DNA of 64,000 nt from Clostridia bacterium (GTDB lineage Bacteria > Bacillota > Clostridia > Oscillospirales > CAG-272): positions 1,949-65,948 of the forward strand of contig JAFXHU010000026.1 of NCBI GenBank assembly GCA_017533565.1, written 5' to 3'. Under the pieces are notes generated by a model. It worked only from the letters and a program-made list of their open reading frames with translations, had not been told where the DNA came from and made no database searches. The stretch's first letter is position 1. The number at the start of each line of letters is the position of its first letter. Positions 45,702-53,504 of this stretch are shown piece by piece. The translations under genes and the position numbers were made by a program.

Positions 45702-45942
45702 TGCCTTTAACCTCGTTTTTTCTTTAGTTTATCACCGTTTTTCGGACTTGTCAACCGAAATTTTGACAGCACCCGACGGCTCTTGAAAGTACCCGCCGAT
45801 TGCTTTCGCGAAGCGCCCGCCGATTTTTTCACGAAGCACCCGACGATTGCTTTCGTAATGCGGGCGGAGATTATTATTCTCGCCTCGGTATGTCGCTTCG
45901 CAAAACGAATATATCGCATATTTGGCGCAAAAATAAAAACAG

Positions 45943-45971
45943 TTGACAAAGAGATAGGCTTGTGCTATAAT
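45943..45971 (+). promoter_or_regulatory. Consensus sigma-A promoter of the MarR/acyl-CoA ligase unit
   Basis: TTGACA, 17-bp spacer, TATAAT. Confidence 0.65.
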
Positions 45972-46041
45972 GATAACCGATGAAAGTTGACAGGTAAACA
46001 TTCAACCTCAATACCGCGAAAGGGGGAGAGCTTTAGGACGG

Positions 46042-46512
46042 GTGGAAACCATCAGATACGAAAAATTTACACGCGCCATCGATGGAATACACAAATCGGT
46101 GAACAAGCTTAAAATCGCGATTGCGCCTCGCCACGGTGTAAAGGGCGTACACGTTTTTTGGATTTATAAGCTTCTCGAATACCCCGAGGGGCTTACCGCG
46201 GCGGAGATTGCGTCGGTAAGTATGATTGACAAATCCCTCGTTTCCCGCGAAATTGCCGCATTAAAGCGCGACGGATATATCGAGGCGCGCGGCGCGGAGG
46301 GCGGAAAGCGCGGCTATAACGCAAGGCTCGTCCTCACCGAAAGCGGTGTTGCATTGGCAAAAAGCCTCGTTGCGGAGGTAACGCGGATACAGGCAGCCGT
46401 GTCCGAGGGAATATCCCAAGAGGAGCTTGCGGTATTTTACAGCACGCTTGAAAAGCTGAACGAAAGATTTACGCGCGTTACCGCCGCGTATTCGGAGGAC
46501 GGCGAGGACTGA
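46042..46512 (+). CDS. MarR family transcriptional regulator
   Basis: 156 aa. Winged HTH (LTAAEIASVSMIDKSLVSREIAALKRDGYI). Confidence 0.85.
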   Translation: METIRYEKFTRAIDGIHKSVNKLKIAIAPRHGVKGVHVFWIYKLLEYPEGLTAAEIASVSMIDKSLVSREIAALKRDGYIEARGAEGGKRGYNARLVLTESGVALAKSLVAEVTRIQAAVSEGISQEELAVFYSTLEKLNERFTRVTAAYSEDGED

Positions 46513-46567
46513 CCCGAATTATTTGCGGCGAATACCTAATTAAATTATTCAGTAAGGAGAAATATCA

Positions 46568-48247
46568 ATGAAACCCGAAAAGAAGATTAGAGAAAGAGTC
46601 GATTACCGCGACATACGCGAGATGGTAGAGGATATCGGAGAAAGATGGGCGGACAGATATGCCTACTCCTATCGCATTAATCCGAGGGATAAGGAGGTTG
46701 TAAGAAAGACCTATCCCGAGCTTCGCGACGACATTCGCGGACTTTCCTCCGCTTTTATAAAGCACGGAATTGCGGGAAAGCATATTACGCTTATCGGAAA
46801 ATATTCCTACAACTGGGTGCTTGTTTATTACGCGTCGATGTGTACGGCATCGGTGCTTATCCCTCTTGACAAGGATTGGACTGCCGCCGACCTTACCGCG
46901 ACGGCACAAAAGGCGGACACCGAGGTGCTTATCGCAGATAAGGCAATCGCGGAGAAGGGTAAGGAGATTGCCGAGGCCCTCGGCGTAGAGCTTATTATAA
47001 CCGAGGAGGGAATAGACGCCCTCACCGCGGAGGGAAGGGAGCTTTTCGCATTAGACAGCACCCCCTACTACGCTACCGAAATCGACCCCCGCGCGCTCGC
47101 GCTTCTCGTATTTACAAGCGGCACGACGGGAAAGGGAAAGGGCGTTATGCTCTGCCAGGGCGGTATCGTCTGGGACCTTGCGGACGTTGTTCAGTATATT
47201 GATTTCTCCAAGAAGTCTATCGGCGTGCTTCCTCCGCACCATACCTATTGCTCGAGCGTGTCAATATACGGACAAAACAGCGTGGGCATAGAGGTTTATA
47301 TTTCCTCGGGACTTCTCGCTATTTCAAAGGAAATACAGGAGCAAAAGCCCGGACACATAGTTCTCGTTCCGCTTTACGTCGAAACCTTCTACCGCAAGAT
47401 ACAGGCTTCGCTTGAAAAGCAGGGCAAAACCAAGCTCGTTTACCGTATGATAAAGGTATCTAACTTCCTTCGCAAGCTTGGAATTGACCTCCGCAAGAAA
47501 TTCTTCGGCAAGATTACCGAGGCGTTTGGCGGCAACCTTGACCACCTCGTATGCGGCGGTGCTGCAATTAACCAGGATATTATCGACTTCTTTGACGGTA
47601 TCGGTATCACAATTCTCAACGGCTACGGCATTACCGAATGCTCGCCGCTTATTTCCGTAAACCACTCTTATCGCATCGTTGACGGCTCGGTAGGCTTTGC
47701 AATCGACGGTGACGACGTCCGCATTGACGAGCCAAATGAAAACGGCGAGGGCGAAATCTGCGTAAAGGGACCGAACGTAATGCTCGGTTATTTCAAGGAC
47801 GAGGAGGCTACCGCCGAGGCTATGACCGAGGACGGATACTTCCGCACGGGCGACTACGGTAAGATTACCAAGGAGGGCGCAATCGTCATCACGGGAAGAA
47901 AGAAAAACCTTATCATTCTCTCCAACGGAAAGAACGTGTATCCCGAGGAAATCGAGAGCGAGTTTTCCGCCGTTCCCGGTGTGCTTGACACCATTGTTTA
48001 CGAGGGTAAATCAAAGAGAGGTATGGAGCACAACGCCATCGTTGCGGAGTTCTACCTTGACCCCGATTTCGTCAAGAGCCACGGCATAGAGGATAAAAAG
48101 GCGTATATCAAAGCCTACGTTGACCAATACAACGCCACCGCGGTTCAGTATAAGAAGATACAGGTAATAAAGGTGCGTGACGAGGATTTCCCGAAGAATA
48201 CGCTTCGCAAGATTATGCGCTTTAAGCTCGATACCTCTATCGACTAA
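46568..48247 (+). CDS. AMP-dependent synthetase/ligase (long-chain acyl-CoA ligase-like)
   Basis: 559 aa. AMP-binding motif FTSGTTGKGKGV, then GYGITE, then TGD...G....GRKK. Confidence 0.85.
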   Translation: MKPEKKIRERVDYRDIREMVEDIGERWADRYAYSYRINPRDKEVVRKTYPELRDDIRGLSSAFIKHGIAGKHITLIGKYSYNWVLVYYASMCTASVLIPLDKDWTAADLTATAQKADTEVLIADKAIAEKGKEIAEALGVELIITEEGIDALTAEGRELFALDSTPYYATEIDPRALALLVFTSGTTGKGKGVMLCQGGIVWDLADVVQYIDFSKKSIGVLPPHHTYCSSVSIYGQNSVGIEVYISSGLLAISKEIQEQKPGHIVLVPLYVETFYRKIQASLEKQGKTKLVYRMIKVSNFLRKLGIDLRKKFFGKITEAFGGNLDHLVCGGAAINQDIIDFFDGIGITILNGYGITECSPLISVNHSYRIVDGSVGFAIDGDDVRIDEPNENGEGEICVKGPNVMLGYFKDEEATAEAMTEDGYFRTGDYGKITKEGAIVITGRKKNLIILSNGKNVYPEEIESEFSAVPGVLDTIVYEGKSKRGMEHNAIVAEFYLDPDFVKSHGIEDKKAYIKAYVDQYNATAVQYKKIQVIKVRDEDFPKNTLRKIMRFKLDTSID

Positions 48248-48285
48248 AAACGGACGGATATACCGACCCGTGTAAAATTTAATAC

Positions 48286-48317
48286 GAAAAAACGGCAGAT
48301 TTTTCTGCCGTTTTTTC
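48286..48317. terminator. Bidirectional intrinsic terminator
   Basis: A6-CGGCAGA-TTTT-TCTGCCG-T6. Confidence 0.8.
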
Positions 48318-48350
48318 TTTGGCTTATGTAAACGATTGTTTTCAAACGCC

Positions 48351-49172
48351 TTAACCGATGGCGTCGGGATTTACGGAGTCCACCGCGCGGCGAATGTCAA
48401 AGCCGTTCGCGATAAGCAGCTGCTCGGCACTCTGCCCGTCAACTCCGAGCAGCTCTGCGGTTATTCTAATCATTCTTGCGCGGAGCTTTTTGTTCGTCGG
48501 CTTCAAATTTATCATAAGGTTTTCGTAAATATAGCCGAGCTTTATCATAACCGAAGTGGAAATCATATTAAGCACCATTTTATGCGCGCTTCCCGCCTTC
48601 ATTCGCGACGAGCCTGTAACGACCTCCGCGCCCGTGTCGGTGAATATTGCGATTTCGGCATTGCGAAGCAACGGGGAGTCGGGATTTGAGGAAAGTCCGA
48701 CGGTAAGCGCGCCGCACTCCTTTGCATATTCAACCGCGCCAAGCACGTATTCCGCCCCACCTGCAACCGAAATTCCCACAACGCTGTCCCCCTCGTTGAT
48801 TTCGCGGAGTGAAAGGTCGCGCCTGCCCGCTTCGCGGTTATCCTCCGCACCCTCCACGGCATTGCGGAGCGCACCGTCACCGCCCGCAATTATTCCGACG
48901 ACAAGCTCCGAGGAAACGCCGAAGGTCGGGGGACATTCGGATGCGTCAAGCACACCGAGCCTTCCCGAAGTTCCGCAGCCGACGTAGAAAAGTCTTCCGC
49001 CCTCTGCCATTCTTTTTGCGATTGCGTCAACCGCGAGGGCAATGCTTTCGGTTGCCTCGCCAACCGCCCTTGCCGCATTTAGATTTTCAAGCTGCATAAC
49101 GCGCAGCATCTCGCCCGTTGACATTCTGTCAATATGGGTGGAGTTTGGATTTCTTTCTTCTGTTTTTAACAC
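48351..49172 (-). CDS. murQ: N-acetylmuramic acid 6-phosphate etherase
   Basis: TEERNPNS..ID motif and SIS domain (GCGTSGRLGVLDASECPPTF). GTG start with GGAGG RBS. Confidence 0.85.
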   Translation of the reverse strand: MLKTEERNPNSTHIDRMSTGEMLRVMQLENLNAARAVGEATESIALAVDAIAKRMAEGGRLFYVGCGTSGRLGVLDASECPPTFGVSSELVVGIIAGGDGALRNAVEGAEDNREAGRRDLSLREINEGDSVVGISVAGGAEYVLGAVEYAKECGALTVGLSSNPDSPLLRNAEIAIFTDTGAEVVTGSSRMKAGSAHKMVLNMISTSVMIKLGYIYENLMINLKPTNKKLRARMIRITAELLGVDGQSAEQLLIANGFDIRRAVDSVNPDAIG

Positions 49173-50269
49173 GGGGTGCCTCCTTTAAGACGCTTTGCGA
49201 GAATTAACGCACCGCAAATCGGTGGATTTTCCGCGGCTTTTACGTTATATTTGCTTGGGGTATTAAGCGCGGATTTTATAAGAGGAAAGAGTATATCCGC
49301 CCTCGCGCAAAGTCCGCCTGTGATAACTATTGCCTGTGATTTTTCGCCCGTGTCGGTCGATTCGATAAGCCGCGCGATTGCCGCCATATTTTTCTTGAGT
49401 ATATCGACTGCAGCCTCTACCCCCTCGCCCGCGAGGTCCAAAACCACGGGTGCAAGCGATGCTATTTTCCGCTTTCCGCCCTCGTAAAGCTCGCCGAGCG
49501 AGCCGAGTGCCGAGCCGCCGAGCCTTGCCGCGATAGCCTCCGAAAGCGCGTCCGCCTCCCTTCGCTCCTCACAGCCGAGCGTGTGCATTACCGCGTCCCG
49601 CCCGATGGCAAAGCCGCTGCCGCCCTCCTCAAATAAATAGCCCCAGCCGCCGTGACGGGTAAGCGTGCGCCCCTTTTTTGTAAATGCAATCGTGCCCGTG
49701 CCTATAATCACCACCGTGCCGTCCGAGTCGCCGAGTGCCGATGCAACCGCGTTTTCCGCATCGCTTCCGTTATTGAAATCGACAAAGCCGAATTCGGAGA
49801 GAAGTCCGCGGATTTTCTCCCTGTTTGTGCCCGTGATGCCGCCCGCAATCCCCGCAAAGCAGAACACCGAGGCAGTGGAAATATCGCCGACGACCTCGCC
49901 GATTCCGCGGGTGAGTATCTCGCGCGTTTTCGCAAAGCCGACGTCCACGGGGTTACAGCCCTCGAGCGTTACGGTGCGAATGATATTGCCCCCCTCGTCG
50001 GACAGGGCAAGCTCGGTCTTTGTTCCTCCGCCGTCAATGCCGAGAAAATAATGATTTTCCCCCTCCAAAAGCAGCGAATTTATATCTGTTTTTAAAGCAG
50101 CGGCAAGCTGTGGCAGGACGGCACTCGGAGCTATTGCCGCGCCGCTTTCCCACTTGCTTACCGTTTTTTCGGAATAGCCGAGAAGCTCTCCAAGCTCCCT
50201 TTGCGTCATATTTAACCGAATGCGCCGTTCCTTAAGCCGCGCTGCAAAAAGCCTGTAAATATCTGCCAT
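49166..50269 (-). CDS. XRE-type HTH domain fused to a BadF/BadG/BcrA/BcrD-type ATPase (MurK/GlcNAc-kinase-like)
   Basis: N-terminus LNMTQRELGELLGYSEKTVSKWESG, then FLGIDGGGTKTE (ASKHA phosphate-1 motif). 7-nt overlap with the murQ start. Confidence 0.75.
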   Translation of the reverse strand: MADIYRLFAARLKERRIRLNMTQRELGELLGYSEKTVSKWESGAAIAPSAVLPQLAAALKTDINSLLLEGENHYFLGIDGGGTKTELALSDEGGNIIRTVTLEGCNPVDVGFAKTREILTRGIGEVVGDISTASVFCFAGIAGGITGTNREKIRGLLSEFGFVDFNNGSDAENAVASALGDSDGTVVIIGTGTIAFTKKGRTLTRHGGWGYLFEEGGSGFAIGRDAVMHTLGCEERREADALSEAIAARLGGSALGSLGELYEGGKRKIASLAPVVLDLAGEGVEAAVDILKKNMAAIARLIESTDTGEKSQAIVITGGLCARADILFPLIKSALNTPSKYNVKAAENPPICGALILAKRLKGGTPC

Positions 50270-50373
50270 TTTACCTCCTTTAAACGAAAGGTTTATGCCG
50301 TAATACGCATTAACACTACTATTTTATACCGTCTTTACGGATTTTGCAAGATATTTGTCGTGGGAATATGAAT

Positions 50374-50398
50374 AAAACTCCACTAATCGTGGAGTTTT
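50374..50398 (-). terminator. Intrinsic terminator after the nuclease gene
   Basis: AAAACTCCAC-loop-GTGGAGTTTT. Preceded by a second GC hairpin at 50410-50432. Confidence 0.7.
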
Positions 50399-50438
50399 AT
50401 AAAAGGGGAGGGGAGCGCTGTTCGCGCTCCCCGTTGGG

Positions 50439-52325
50439 TTATTCTGCGAGTATAAAGGTGGCGGGGCGAAGATTTGTTTCATAAGTGCGGAAGGTGACCG
50501 TTCCGTTGTTATCTTGGTAATAAGAGAATGTTCTGCCGCTTGAGCCCAAATAATACTTTCCACTCTTTGTCAAGTCTAACGCCGTGGTGCTTGATGTGAG
50601 AGATTTGGAGCTTGAGCCTGTTCCGTAATAGGTCTTTTTACCTTCGGAATCCTTTGAATAAATATGGTATGTATTGTTGGATTCCTCGATGTAAAGCTTT
50701 AACGCCTGTGATTTGTCGGTTGTCGCCGCACCTACTCCGCTTGATATATCACCCGTAAAATAATATGTGATGTTATTGAGTGTTATAGTGAGGTAGTACG
50801 CCGTTTCTTCCGACTCGGTGGGGGTGTCGGGCTCGGTTGTGCCGCTGTCGCCCTCGCTGCCGCTGCTGCCGCCGTCCTCCGTGCCGTCGTAAATGCTGTA
50901 ATCTCCCGTTGCAAAATCAATGGTAAAGCCGGGCTGCTCGTTGTAAACGAAAACGCAGAAGCATACGTCCGCGCCGTTATCCTCAACGCTCCAGCCCTCC
51001 ATAATAACGCCCGTGGCAACGAGGTTATTGCCCTCGAATACGGGAGTTACGCGGTACATAACGTGTCGGTCCTCTCCCGCGGATTTGTATTCCTTCATCA
51101 CGTCAAGCACCAAATTTTCAAAAATTTGCATATAGACCTGATTGAAGGACTGCGTGCCCGTGATGAGGTTTTGACGGTTTGCATCCTCGCCCGCGAGACT
51201 GTGCGCGATGAGGTGACTGCGGTTATAAAGAGATGCACCCGGGACGTTTTCCTGTACTATCGGGTCGCTTGCGGTGCTTATCCAGCCCGTCGGCTTTACC
51301 GAGCTTATGTCGCCGCGCTCCTTGGTGGGCATAAGGTCAACGCCAAGGCAGGCAACCGCCGTGCCGCATCTGCCGAGCGAGTCGAGGGGAGAGTAGTATT
51401 CGTAGCTTTCGCTTACTATTTGATTGTTCGTAAAGAAGGGCGTGCCGCCGTTGAGCGTAACGTAGCCGATTTGCTCCTTTTGACTGTATTTCGGGATAGA
51501 GCCGACGTCAAAGCTCGGCATCGTAAGCGCGGGTGCTTCGGTTTGAAGGGTGACACCGTAAACCGCGTTGAGCGTAAGGTCAGAGCCGACGGTAATGCTT
51601 ACCGTCCTGCTTTCCGAAATAACCGCGCCGTCACCGTCCGCCCAGTAGGAGAAATCGCCCTCCGCGCTTCTTTCGTCCGCGGTAAGGGTCAAGGACTGTC
51701 CGCTTTTGTAAAGCCCCTTCGTAAATCCGTCCTCAAGGGTCGCGCCGCTTACGTTTACAAGGTAATAGCACTCGTTTGCGAGCCTGTCGGTGCGGTAGTT
51801 GAAATAAATTTGCGCCGCCGCTCCGTAATCGAGCATATCCTTTATAAGCGTTGTCAGTTTAGCGTCGGAGGAGTTGTTAAGTTGGAAATGCGAGTATTCA
51901 AGCACGCTGTATTTTAAGGGGTCGCTGTAAACGTATCCGCCCTCCGTCGATATACATACCACGGCATAGAAATCGTCCGCAATCATTTTGGCGTTAAAGC
52001 CGTCGAAGTCGAAGCAGTAATAGGATACTCCGTTTGCCGTTTTTTGTCTGCCCTCGTAGGGCACGGAGTATTTTTCGCCGCCCTTTTGGTAGGACTCCTG
52101 TGCCTCCGACCAAACGAGGACGCTTACACCGTAGGGGTCGGAAACACCCTCGAGCGAAACGTAGTAGCGCATTACGACGGTATTCTCAAGTAAAAGCGAA
52201 GCGCCGCCGAAGCGTGCGCTTTCCGTCGGTTGCTCGCTTACGGTATCGTTGCTTGCCGCAACACCAAAAATAACCGTGCCGATAATAAATAAAAGCACGG
52301 TTAATATAACAAGAAGCTTTTTCAT
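50439..52325 (-). CDS. Secreted multidomain DNA/RNA non-specific endonuclease (Endonuclease_NS_2-like core)
   Basis: Signal peptide. Central LGRCG...NRSHLIAHSLAGEDANRQNLITGTQSFN motif. Gly/Ser/Thr/Glu linker followed by a C-terminal domain of about 130 aa. Confidence 0.65.
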   Translation of the reverse strand: MKKLLVILTVLLFIIGTVIFGVAASNDTVSEQPTESARFGGASLLLENTVVMRYYVSLEGVSDPYGVSVLVWSEAQESYQKGGEKYSVPYEGRQKTANGVSYYCFDFDGFNAKMIADDFYAVVCISTEGGYVYSDPLKYSVLEYSHFQLNNSSDAKLTTLIKDMLDYGAAAQIYFNYRTDRLANECYYLVNVSGATLEDGFTKGLYKSGQSLTLTADERSAEGDFSYWADGDGAVISESRTVSITVGSDLTLNAVYGVTLQTEAPALTMPSFDVGSIPKYSQKEQIGYVTLNGGTPFFTNNQIVSESYEYYSPLDSLGRCGTAVACLGVDLMPTKERGDISSVKPTGWISTASDPIVQENVPGASLYNRSHLIAHSLAGEDANRQNLITGTQSFNQVYMQIFENLVLDVMKEYKSAGEDRHVMYRVTPVFEGNNLVATGVIMEGWSVEDNGADVCFCVFVYNEQPGFTIDFATGDYSIYDGTEDGGSSGSEGDSGTTEPDTPTESEETAYYLTITLNNITYYFTGDISSGVGAATTDKSQALKLYIEESNNTYHIYSKDSEGKKTYYGTGSSSKSLTSSTTALDLTKSGKYYLGSSGRTFSYYQDNNGTVTFRTYETNLRPATFILAE

Positions 52326-52363
52326 TTTATCTCCTATGGATGTGTTAGAATGAGCTTTTTTTC

Positions 52364-52393
52364 ATTCTACCACGCCCGCCCGTGAAAAGTCAA
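52364..52393 (-). promoter_or_regulatory. Promoter of the nuclease gene
   Basis: On the - strand: TTGACT, 18-bp spacer, TGgTAGAAT (extended -10). Confidence 0.5.
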
Positions 52394-52444
52394 TATTTTT
52401 TTGAGAGTAATTAACATTTTTTAAAAAAACCTTTTCAAAATGCG

Positions 52445-52624
52445 TTATTTTGCAGATTGTTTAGCAATTTTTTCGCCTTGCGCGCCTTTCGGTGGCGTGG
52501 GGGAGGGGTATGGGATAAGCCGAGTGCGGTGATGAAACGAAAGCAAAACGGGTTCAAAATAACGGGAAAACTGTTTGAGTTTAATATTATCGTCCTCGAG
52601 GTCTATAATTGTAACTTTAAACAT
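52445..52624 (-). CDS. 59-codon ORF, probably a truncated gene start read into flanking sequence
   Basis: AGGAGA RBS plus ATG (MFKVTIIDLEDDNIKLKQFSRYF...). The 3' half runs out of the AT-rich islet into GC-rich DNA. Below the ORF-track cutoff. Confidence 0.3.
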   Translation of the reverse strand: MFKVTIIDLEDDNIKLKQFSRYFEPVLLSFHHRTRLIPYPSPTPPKGAQGEKIAKQSAK

Positions 52625-52640
52625 TTTTATTCTCCTTTTT
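52617..52640. repeat. Left copy of the 24-nt direct repeat TTAAACATTTTTATTCTCCTTTTT
   Basis: Identical 24-mer at 53162-53185. On the - strand it carries AGGAGA-N6-ATG-TTT-AA. Confidence 0.85.
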
Positions 52641-52648
52641 TTGTTTTT

Positions 52649-52954
52649 TTACTTCTCTTTTTTGATACCAAAATATGCAACTGTACCACGGTTACGCTTT
52701 CCATCATCATTGTAAAAATGATCTACAATCTGCTTTTTAGCCTCACGGTTGAGGTCATATGTATTCCCCTTATACTTTGGCTTTTTCTTATCCGATGCCG
52801 ATACTATCATATTTGGAAGTCGAGCATCGATTTTTCCAATGATATGATAATCAGAATTCAATTTCGGTTTTCCGTTTTTAGTTTTTGACCAAGCTTTTTC
52901 GCTAGGGATAAGACGCACATCTTTGTGCTTTAAGCTGTAATTTACACTTGACAT
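52649..52954 (-). CDS. Hypothetical Lys-rich 101-aa protein (orphan, AT-rich islet)
   Basis: AGGAGA RBS 7 nt before the ATG. About 22% Lys+Arg. No family recognised. Confidence 0.55.
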   Translation of the reverse strand: MSSVNYSLKHKDVRLIPSEKAWSKTKNGKPKLNSDYHIIGKIDARLPNMIVSASDKKKPKYKGNTYDLNREAKKQIVDHFYNDDGKRNRGTVAYFGIKKEK

Positions 52955-52976
52955 AATAATTCTCCTATGTTATAAT
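52948..52976 (+). promoter_or_regulatory. Consensus sigma-A promoter P1, overlapping the RBS and start codon of the opposite-strand 101-aa ORF
   Basis: TTGACA (52948-52953), 17-bp spacer, TATAAT (52971-52976). The CAT of the ORF start lies at 52952-52954. Confidence 0.65.
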
Positions 52977-52982
52977 AAATTT

Positions 52983-53097
52983 GCCACTTGACCTGAACAG
53001 GTTAGTATCGGGGAACTCCGCGATACCAGAGAAGACACTTTGGCTTTTATGGTGAGACTTCTCAACGACCACCCTCATTTGAGGGTGGTTTTTCTTT
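52983..53097 (+). ncRNA. Candidate sRNA of about 115 nt (P1 to terminator)
   Basis: Bounded by the consensus promoter and a 9-bp GC-rich hairpin plus T-run. Internal stems GTATCG/CGATAC and GAGAAG/CTTCTC. No SD-preceded ORF. Confidence 0.45.
53068..53097 (+). terminator. Strong intrinsic terminator
   Basis: ACCACCCTC-ATTT-GAGGGTGGT followed by TTTTTCTTT. Confidence 0.8.
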
Positions 53098-53161
53098 ATG
53101 AGAAAATATTACCGCTTTCGATATTTCGCATATACATCTTTTGCATTCTTAAAACCAAAAC

Positions 53162-53185
53162 TTAAACATTTTTATTCTCCTTTTT
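53162..53185. repeat. Right copy of the 24-nt direct repeat
   Basis: Identical to 52617-52640. Here the ATG opens only a 6-codon ORF, MFKFWF-stop (53149-53169, - strand). Confidence 0.85.
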
Positions 53186-53213
53186 AATTTATAGGGTTTT
53201 AATTTATAGGGTT
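53185..53213. repeat. Two direct copies of TAATTTATAGGGTT (15-bp period) abutting the -35 of P2
   Basis: Copies at 53185-53198 and 53200-53213, 14/14 identical. The second copy overlaps TTGACT. Confidence 0.8.
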
Positions 53214-53240
53214 GACTTTTGTTTAAATATGGTATATACT
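53212..53240 (+). promoter_or_regulatory. Sigma-A promoter P2
   Basis: TTGACT, 17-bp spacer, TATACT. Confidence 0.6.
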
Positions 53241-53246
53241 ATGTAC

Positions 53247-53321
53247 AGTTCCGTTGGGAACACTTAGCCTAACCCTGGTAGGGTTAGGCAAACGCTTAAC
53301 ATCTTGTTGGGCGTTTTTTTA
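53247..53321 (+). ncRNA. Candidate sRNA of about 75 nt (P2 to terminator)
   Basis: Three hairpins: GTTCC/GGAAC, GCCTAACCCT/AGGGTTAGGC (10 bp), and the terminator AACGCTTAAC/GTTGGGCGTT plus T7. Convergent with the integrase remnant. Confidence 0.4.
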
Positions 53322-53504
53322 TTTTTTCATGTGTTTTTGTATATAATGATGGTGCCTTCGTTTTAACGAATACCGACCTACATCTTGAATTTTGTTTATC
53401 GGAACATTTGTGATTGCATTTTTATGAACGCCCCCAAATCTCGGAAGTGTAGTATCTGTTTTAGGGTGGAGCTTTTGGGTAGGTCTAAAACGCTTTTCGC
53501 GCAT
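53319..53504 (-). pseudogene. C-terminal remnant of a tyrosine recombinase/integrase
   Basis: The 61-aa ORF ...INKIQDVGRYSLKRRHHHYIQ resembles the ..IQ..LGH.S...T..Y.H catalytic-Tyr end of phage integrases. No N-terminal part is present. Confidence 0.35.

Noticed and set aside
52457-52888. 143-aa + strand ORF in the AT-rich islet
   Set aside because: It is a Phe/Leu/Ile-rich antisense shadow of AT-rich DNA with no RBS. The opposite-strand 101-aa ORF has a proper AGGAGA-N7-ATG.
53049-53165. 38-codon + strand hydrophobic peptide (MVRLLNDHPHLRVVFLYEKILPLSIFRIYIFCILKTKT) as a type I toxin
   Set aside because: It has no Shine-Dalgarno sequence, and the strong intrinsic terminator (53068-53097) lies inside it. 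Most transcripts would therefore end before the hydrophobic part is encoded.
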